Notes under the pieces: model-generated
What the model was told of the DNA's origin: nothing
Databases searched by the model: none
Seen by the model: only the letters and a program-made list of their open reading frames with translations
Origin: Corynebacterium glutamicum ATCC 13032
Lineage (GTDB): Bacteria; Actinomycetota; Actinomycetes; Mycobacteriales; Mycobacteriaceae
Direction: 5' to 3'
DNA length: 32,000 bases
Assembly (NCBI RefSeq): GCF_000011325.1
Contig: NC_003450.3
Location: forward strand, 2,850,001 to 2,882,000
Shown here: positions 26,282 through 32,000 of the stretch, one piece after another
Layout of the letters: every line of letters begins with the position of its first letter
How positions within the stretch are numbered: position 1 is the first letter of the stretch
Position numbers and translations under genes: made by a program

Positions 26282-26778
26282 GGTTTGTAAATGCTCCTCG
26301 TGCTCACGATGGTGAGCTCTTCTGGGTAGAGGTGGTGGCTAAACCATTCCCATACGTCTTCCAGAAATTCTGCGGTCAGCGCGGTGAGGTGGTGTTCGCC
26401 GGCGCCGGGGAAACTGGCGATCAACCAGTCGTCGTCGCCGTTGGAGATTTCTTCGGCTGCGCGGGCAAAATCTTCCTCAGACAGCACGGCGACGTTGGTT
26501 TGCAGCAGGTAGTTTTCCCGCGTGATGCTGTCGGGCAGCGGCCAGCGGGAATCTTCCGCTTCTTGTGCATGGCAGGAAATTTCTTCCCGGAAACGCCCAT
26601 CGGGCGTTTCAACGGTAACCACATGCGAGCCGCCAATCACCGCTAAATGGCAGGTGCTGGGGTGTGGGGATGCGTCGATAAGCTTATCGACGAGCACCTC
26701 CGGCGATTCCCCATTCCAGCTCACGCCGAGCGCTTCGGCGGAGACATCTGTAGGCATGCAATCGATGTGATGAATCAT
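26278..26778 (-). CDS. Conserved hypothetical cytoplasmic protein (possibly DUF2617-like)
   Basis: 166 aa starting at MIHHIDCM. There are ATGA overlaps at both ends (26775-26778 and 26278-26281). The ORF-track extension to 26829 is rejected. Confidence 0.7.
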   Translation of the reverse strand: MIHHIDCMPTDVSAEALGVSWNGESPEVLVDKLIDASPHPSTCHLAVIGGSHVVTVETPDGRFREEISCHAQEAEDSRWPLPDSITRENYLLQTNVAVLSEEDFARAAEEISNGDDDWLIASFPGAGEHHLTALTAEFLEDVWEWFSHHLYPEELTIVSTRSIYKP

Positions 26779-27386
26779 GAGGCCTCTGGTGCTGGGTAAA
26801 CGGTGAGTTCGCCGGGCAGCACCGTCCACCCGAGCGATACTTCAAATGGACTGTCTTTGCCGTAGCGTTCAAAACTGAGCAACCTGTTTCCGCCAACTTC
26901 GGCGAGATCCCAGTATTCAAATTCACCTTGATCAGCCACGCCGGTGGTGCCTTCGGAGGTGAAGGTGCCCACGCCAGATTCGGTTTTACGGTAGCGAACG
27001 CCCTCCACGGTGACATCATGTGCGGGCTGTTGTGCCAGGTCAGGGCGGGTAATCCACCATCCGAGGTTGAGTTGGCCCTCATCGTATTCCACGCTCAGGT
27101 ACTCACTGCCTTTGCCACCGTCGAGTAGATACTCGTGCCAAATGTATTGGCCTTGACGGAACTGGATGGCTCCGCGGCAGACATAATCCACGCCACCGCG
27201 GGAAATAATTGCTCCAGGACCCAAAATGCGGGCATTAAAAGTGTCGGATCCGTCGGCAAATTTCAGAGGATCTTGACGCTGACGAGGAGGCTGCGGTTCG
27301 CTCTTTTTCTTCTGTGCTGAAAGATAAAAGAACACGACAGCGATGATGGCTAAAACACCGGCCAGGATAAGCCACGTGATATTCAT
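26775..27386 (-). CDS. DUF4178-domain protein with N-terminal TM helix
   Basis: 203 aa with the TM helix ITWLILAGVLAIIAVVFFYL. This is followed by a GG.DY.C.G...F..G.Y.WHEYLL.....EYLSVEYDEG pattern typical of DUF4178. The RBS GGGAG lies upstream. Confidence 0.8.
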   Translation of the reverse strand: MNITWLILAGVLAIIAVVFFYLSAQKKKSEPQPPRQRQDPLKFADGSDTFNARILGPGAIISRGGVDYVCRGAIQFRQGQYIWHEYLLDGGKGSEYLSVEYDEGQLNLGWWITRPDLAQQPAHDVTVEGVRYRKTESGVGTFTSEGTTGVADQGEFEYWDLAEVGGNRLLSFERYGKDSPFEVSLGWTVLPGELTVYPAPEAS

Positions 27387-27452
27387 GCGAAACTCCCATG
27401 AGTTTTCTAAGTTCGGTACGAGCCAATCCTACAGACCGACACGCCCCTCCTC

Positions 27453-28170
<718 letters not shown>

Positions 28171-28222
28171 GATGGACCTCCCTAAAAACCTTTAAGGACT
28201 GCTTTCCATCTGTTTCTGAAAT

Positions 28223-28299
28223 GCAAAAAACCTGGCCACCGTTGGCTAAAACGCATCCTCAAAAAAGGAGGCAGATTCAGCATTTGAAGACCAGGTTTT
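28223..28299 (-). terminator. Leader terminator of the bgl-type operon, overlapping the RAT
   Basis: On the minus strand AAAACCTGGTC (28299-28289) pairs with GGCCAGGTTTT (28237-28227) and is followed by TTTTGC. Inner pairings AAATGC/GCGTTT and CCTC/GAGG extend the stem. The 5' arm is shared with the 3' end of the RAT. Confidence 0.55.
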
Positions 28300-28325
28300 G
28301 CTTCCAGTGCCTGGAATAACAACCC
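28291..28325 (-). promoter_or_regulatory. Ribonucleic antiterminator (RAT) target of BglG/SacY/LicT-family antiterminators
   Basis: The minus strand reads GGGTTGTTATTCCAGGCACTGGAAGCAAAACCTGG. This compares with the remembered RAT consensus GGATTGTTACTGC....GCAGGCAAAACCT. An internal hairpin TTCCAG-GCA-CTGGAA is present, and the element lies 120-155 nt upstream of the pseudogene ATG. Confidence 0.7.
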
Positions 28326-28416
28326 TGATGGACTATTGCTTATGCAACTGAAATTTGCTCTAGATCAATTCTTTCAAAAAATGCAAGAGTGATTTCCAAC
28401 CCACTCCGCCCCAGAC

Positions 28417-28461
28417 AAGAAAAGGCCACGCCTCCCCTCTTTGCAAAAGGGCAGCGCGGCC
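28417..28461 (-). terminator. Intrinsic terminator of the ferredoxin-reductase-type gene
   Basis: On the minus strand GGCCGCGC pairs with GCGTGGCC (one G-U pair), with inner CCC/GGG pairing. UUUUCUU follows, and the hairpin starts 15 nt after the stop. Confidence 0.7.
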
Positions 28462-28475
28462 ATCAAACACACTGC

Positions 28476-29711
28476 TTAGAGCTCTGAATACGGAACTTCT
28501 GGATCCACTAGCTTCTCGGTGTCAACGCTCTTTCCTGATGCGATGAGAGGCTTGATTTGATCAGGAACATCCCACACATTCACGTTCATTGCGGCGAGAA
28601 TTCGGTTTTCAGTATCAACCCAGAAGGCGACAAATTCTCGTGTTTCAAGGTTTCCACGGATGAATACCTTCTCCTGCGAACCGGTGGCGTGGCCGACGTA
28701 TTCACAACCCAGATCGAATTGATCTGTAAAGAAGTACGGAAGGTTGGTAAACTCGGCGTCTTTGCCAAGTAGGGATTTCACCGCAGCCGCAGGTTGATTC
28801 AACGCGGTGGCCCAGTGCTCCACGCGGATGCGGTGTCCTAGAACTGGGTGATCGTGGTTCGCAATGTCTCCAACTGCGTAGATATCCGGGTCGCTGGTAC
28901 GCAGTGCTGCGTCCACCAAAACACCATTGTCGATTTCCAGTCCAGCAGTTTCCGCTAGGTCAATCACTGGGGTGACACCGATGCCAATGACTACTGCGTC
29001 TGCGGGAACCACTTCGCCGTCATCAAGTCGCACGCCAACTGCACGTCCATCTTCGGTGACGATGTCCGTAATTTTCACTTCGGTGCGCAGGTCAACGCCG
29101 TTTGCCACATGCAGATCGGCAAAGACTTGCGCGACCGTTTCACCAAGGACTTTCAAAAGTGGGAGCTTTCCACCTTCCAAAACAGTGACGTCAGTGCCAG
29201 CTCCTCGTGCCGCTGATGCGACTTCGAGTCCGATCCAGCCACCACCGATGAGGACCAGCTTTTTACCTTCACCGAAGGTTGCCTTGATCGCGTCAGAGTC
29301 TTCCACGGTGCGCAGGTAGTGCACATTAGAGGCGTCGGCTCCCGGAATTGGAAGTTTGCGCACTGCTGATCCAGTAGCAAGAACTAGTTTGTCGTAGTTA
29401 ATGGTCTCAGTGTTTCCGCCATCATCAACGGTGACTTGGCGTGAACCCGCATCAATTGCCGTTGCACGCACACCTTGACGCAGCGTGACATTGTTTTCTT
29501 TGTACCACTCCGCCGGGTGAACAATCGCCTTGTCAAAGCCCACTTTTCCAGCCATGTACTCCTTTGACAGCGGTGGGCGCTCATATGGCAGATAATCCTC
29601 TGCTGCGATGAGCGTGATGGAGCCTTCATACCCGTTTACACGTAGTGCCTCTGCGGTTTTCGCTCCGGCTAAACCGCCGCCGATAATGACGATGCTTTGT
29701 GGTGTGCTCAT
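28476..29711 (-). CDS. FAD/NAD(P)-dependent ferredoxin (rubredoxin/putidaredoxin)-reductase-type oxidoreductase
   Basis: 411 aa with IVIIGGGLAGAKTAE (FAD), LVLIGGGWIGLEVA (NAD) and IYAVGDIA. A C-terminal dimerisation domain is present, and the RBS AGGAG lies upstream. Confidence 0.88.
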   Translation of the reverse strand: MSTPQSIVIIGGGLAGAKTAEALRVNGYEGSITLIAAEDYLPYERPPLSKEYMAGKVGFDKAIVHPAEWYKENNVTLRQGVRATAIDAGSRQVTVDDGGNTETINYDKLVLATGSAVRKLPIPGADASNVHYLRTVEDSDAIKATFGEGKKLVLIGGGWIGLEVASAARGAGTDVTVLEGGKLPLLKVLGETVAQVFADLHVANGVDLRTEVKITDIVTEDGRAVGVRLDDGEVVPADAVVIGIGVTPVIDLAETAGLEIDNGVLVDAALRTSDPDIYAVGDIANHDHPVLGHRIRVEHWATALNQPAAAVKSLLGKDAEFTNLPYFFTDQFDLGCEYVGHATGSQEKVFIRGNLETREFVAFWVDTENRILAAMNVNVWDVPDQIKPLIASGKSVDTEKLVDPEVPYSEL

Positions 29712-29965
29712 GCTGTACTCCTAGTCCCTAAAAAAGTGGACGGTCAGGCGCAAGGTCGACCGCATGGATCTATACACCATGCTAGTTAAAAGGCCGAAAC
29801 CCTCGGCGAGCGCGCTAAATACCCGGCCCTAATTGGGGGTGTGAGGCAGCACACAAGACCAAACTCTAACGAAATCGCCGGACTCCTCGCAATCACAAGA
29901 AGCGACGACTAGCCTGTGGGGACAAACTATTTCAAGAATTTATTCAACAAAGGAGTTCTTCACAA

Positions 29966-30256
29966 ATGAAGGAAGTAGCAGTCAACGAAGTCCCAGCAGG
30001 CGCACAGTTGATCGATGTCCGCGAGACCGATGAATACGCAGAGGTTCGAGCACAGGGTGCCGTCAACATTCCTATGAGCGAGTTCGTTGGCCGCATCGAT
30101 GAGATCGATCTGGACCGCGACATTTATGTCATTTGCAAGCTGGGTGGACGCTCAGCTCAGGTTGCCGAATACCTTGAGCAGCGCGGAATTGAAGCCATCA
30201 ACGTAAACGGTGGCACCGACGGCTGGGTTGCTGCAGGATTGCCAACCGAGGCATAA
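29966..30256 (+). CDS. Single-domain rhodanese-like sulfurtransferase
   Basis: 96 aa with the active-site loop ICKLGGRSAQ. The RBS AAAGGAG lies 10 nt upstream. Confidence 0.88.
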   Translation: MKEVAVNEVPAGAQLIDVRETDEYAEVRAQGAVNIPMSEFVGRIDEIDLDRDIYVICKLGGRSAQVAEYLEQRGIEAINVNGGTDGWVAAGLPTEA

Positions 30257-30272
30257 GAACCCGCCGCAAAAG

Positions 30273-30312
30273 ATCCCGGCATCTGAATTCACGTCAGATA
30301 CCGGGATTTTTC
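30273..30312 (+). terminator. Intrinsic terminator of the rhodanese gene
   Basis: 14-nt arms atcccggcatctga / tcagataccgggat with one mismatch and a 7-nt loop, followed by TTTTTC. Confidence 0.75.
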
Positions 30313-30314
30313 AC

Positions 30315-30354
30315 GCCCTACAAAGCCCCTACATGCCCTACAAAGCCCCCAACA
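30315..30354. repeat. Four tandem 10-bp units (gccctacaaa gcccctacat gccctacaaa gcccccaaca)
   Basis: The 15-mer gccctacaaagcccc is a perfect direct repeat at 30315 and 30335. The underlying period is 10 bp. Confidence 0.8.
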
Positions 30355-30544
30355 CACCAACCCAGATACCTCCACCCTCAAGTAGAAGTCGAGATTTTTC
30401 ATTTCACTGCAAACATAGTTCTAGATCAGACCATTTAAAAAATTACACCCTCACCTGGAATTTTGCAGAAATAGGGCAAGAATCAAAATAGTGGGAAATC
30501 CCCATGTTTCGCGAAGTCCCATTGTTGGAGTTAGGCTTATACCC

Positions 30545-30991
30545 ATGGCTACGCATCCAGATATTCCCACAGAGTTGCTTGAATCTCCGAGCTATCAACT
30601 TGAACGACTTCGACGACGCACTCGTGACCATGTTGAGGCCGAATTGGCCAAGCATGAGACCACGATGAGGGAATTCTGGACGCTTACATGTCTGGTTCAT
30701 TCCGACGCTGCAAGCCAGTCAGTTCTGTGTGAGCTGCTGGCCATTGATGCATCGGATATGGTCAGACTCGTTGACTCACTTGAGGTACGCGGCTGGGCGA
30801 AAAGGGAACGTGATCCCAAAGACCGTCGTCGCCAAATTGTTGCGTCAACGAAGAAGGGAAAAAACGCCCAGGCGGATCTGCACAAAGTTGTGCTTGAGGC
30901 AGAGGATGCTGCGTTGGATGAGTCTACGTCCAAGCAGTTGAAGCACCTTCGTAAATTGGCCGCAGCAATTATCTCCACCGAAGAGGACTAA
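30545..30991 (+). CDS. MarR-family transcriptional regulator
   Basis: 148 aa starting at MATHPDIP. The winged-HTH region is LAIDASDMVRLVDSLEVRGWAKRERDPKDRRRQIV. The ORF-track GTG at 30491 is judged an N-terminal over-extension. Confidence 0.85.
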   Translation: MATHPDIPTELLESPSYQLERLRRRTRDHVEAELAKHETTMREFWTLTCLVHSDAASQSVLCELLAIDASDMVRLVDSLEVRGWAKRERDPKDRRRQIVASTKKGKNAQADLHKVVLEAEDAALDESTSKQLKHLRKLAAAIISTEED

Positions 30992-30998
30992 ATATAAC

Positions 30999-32000
30999 GT
31001 GGCATTGAGCAGTGTTCCAGCACAGTTCCTGAGATCCGCCCAGGCGCCCCCGAAGCGTACTTTGTGGGACGTCTTAGAATCCGTCGCCTCTACTTATCCT
31101 GAGGCAGCAGCTATTGACGATGGCCAGGTGTTGACCTACGCAGAGTTGATGGAAGAAGTCACCGCGTTGGCTGATTCCATTCATGCACAGGGCATTCGCC
31201 GTGGTGATCGCATCGGTATTCGCATGCCGTCTGGTACGCGTGACCTTTACATCGCTATTTTGGCCACTCTCGCTGCTGGTGCTGCTTACGTGCCAGTTGA
31301 TGCAGATGATCCTGAAGAGCGCGCCGAGATGGTGTTTGGTGAAGCAAATATTAATGCGCTTTTCGACGCCACCGGCTTCCATATGCTTCGCCCGACCGCG
31401 GGCGGCGATACCCGTAGACCACGCTTGGATGATACGGCGTGGATTATCTTTACTTCCGGTTCCACCGGCAAGCCTAAGGGTGTGGCTGTGTCCCACCGTT
31501 CAGCTGCGGCTTTCGTGGATGCCGAAGCACAAATGTTCCTTGTCGATCACCCTTCCGGCCCCCTTGGCCCAGAAGACCGAGTCCTTGCGGGATTGTCTGT
31601 AGCCTTTGACGCATCTTGTGAGGAAATGTGGTTGGCCTGGGGCCACGGCGCCTGCTTGGTGCCAGCACCACGCTCCCTAGTCCGTTCCGGTATGGACTTG
31701 GGCCCATGGCTGATTCGCCGCGACATCAGTGTCGTCTCCACCGTCCCAACTCTGGCTGGTCTGTGGCCAGCAGAAGCATTGTCACAGGTCCGCTTGCTCA
31801 TCGTCGGCGGCGAGGCTTGCTCGCAGGAGCTCGTTGAACGCTTATCGACGCCTGACCGCGAGGTGTGGAACACTTACGGCCCCACCGAAGCAACGGTGGT
31901 TGCCTGTGGCACTCAACTCTATGCTGGTCAGCCAGTGGGCATTGGTTTGCCACTTGCTGGTTGGGATCTTGTTGTTGTCGACGATGCCGGCGAACCTGTC
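30999..32000 (+). CDS. NRPS-type adenylation (AMP-binding) enzyme, 5' part only (continues past the window end)
   Basis: This frame-3 ORF is open from the GTG at 30999 to base 32000 (334 codons) and is not in the ORF track because it has no stop. It has adenylation core motifs LATLAAGAAYVPVD (A2), WIIFTSGSTGKPKGV (A3) and NTYGPTEATV (A5). It starts 7 nt after the MarR stop. Confidence 0.85.
   Translation, partial: MALSSVPAQFLRSAQAPPKRTLWDVLESVASTYPEAAAIDDGQVLTYAELMEEVTALADSIHAQGIRRGDRIGIRMPSGTRDLYIAILATLAAGAAYVPVDADDPEERAEMVFGEANINALFDATGFHMLRPTAGGDTRRPRLDDTAWIIFTSGSTGKPKGVAVSHRSAAAFVDAEAQMFLVDHPSGPLGPEDRVLAGLSVAFDASCEEMWLAWGHGACLVPAPRSLVRSGMDLGPWLIRRDISVVSTVPTLAGLWPAEALSQVRLLIVGGEACSQELVERLSTPDREVWNTYGPTEATVVACGTQLYAGQPVGIGLPLAGWDLVVVDDAGEPV

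Noticed and set aside
31074-31873. Minus-strand ORFs 31074-31496, 31286-31471, 31474-31707 and 31547-31873, and plus-strand 31183-31602 and 31628-31837
   Set aside because: They lie within or opposite the open frame-3 adenylation-domain ORF, which has clear A2/A3/A5 core motifs. They are shadow ORFs.

Overview
High-GC actinobacterial chromosome segment. Gene content and order look like Corynebacterium (C. glutamicum-like). This is judged from the protein sequences only, with no database check. The middle of the window (10.5-22.7 kb, minus strand) is the conserved housekeeping block dacB-like PBP4, tilS, hpt, ftsH, folE, folP, folB, folK, a DUF3180-like membrane protein, a PEP-repeat membrane protein, a Rossmann/DUF2520-like protein, a degenerate panC-like gene and lysS. 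These genes are tightly packed, with several TAATG/ATGA stop-start overlaps. To the right lie ppa and a hairpin-rich convergent spacer. Next comes a translationally coupled five-gene membrane operon ending in a membrane-fused spermidine-synthase-like enzyme. After it sits a decayed PTS beta-glucoside EIIBCA (bglF-like) pseudogene that still carries an intact-looking RAT antiterminator/terminator leader. The window then has a ferredoxin-reductase-type flavoprotein, a single-domain rhodanese, a MarR regulator and the 5' end of an NRPS-type adenylation enzyme. That last ORF runs off the window and is therefore absent from the ORF track. The left third (about 1.8-10.5 kb) looks lineage-specific and AT-richer. 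It holds three tandem collinear paralogs (572/647/574 aa) of no family I can recognise, with a duplicated leader sequence, followed by a DHA2-type MFS efflux pump and a DUF559-type protein. I saw no rRNA, tRNA, CRISPR array, transposase or integrase. The best candidates for something undescribed are the paralog triplet with its repeated leader and the DUF4178/DUF350/SpeE-like membrane operon. Functions for both are inference only.
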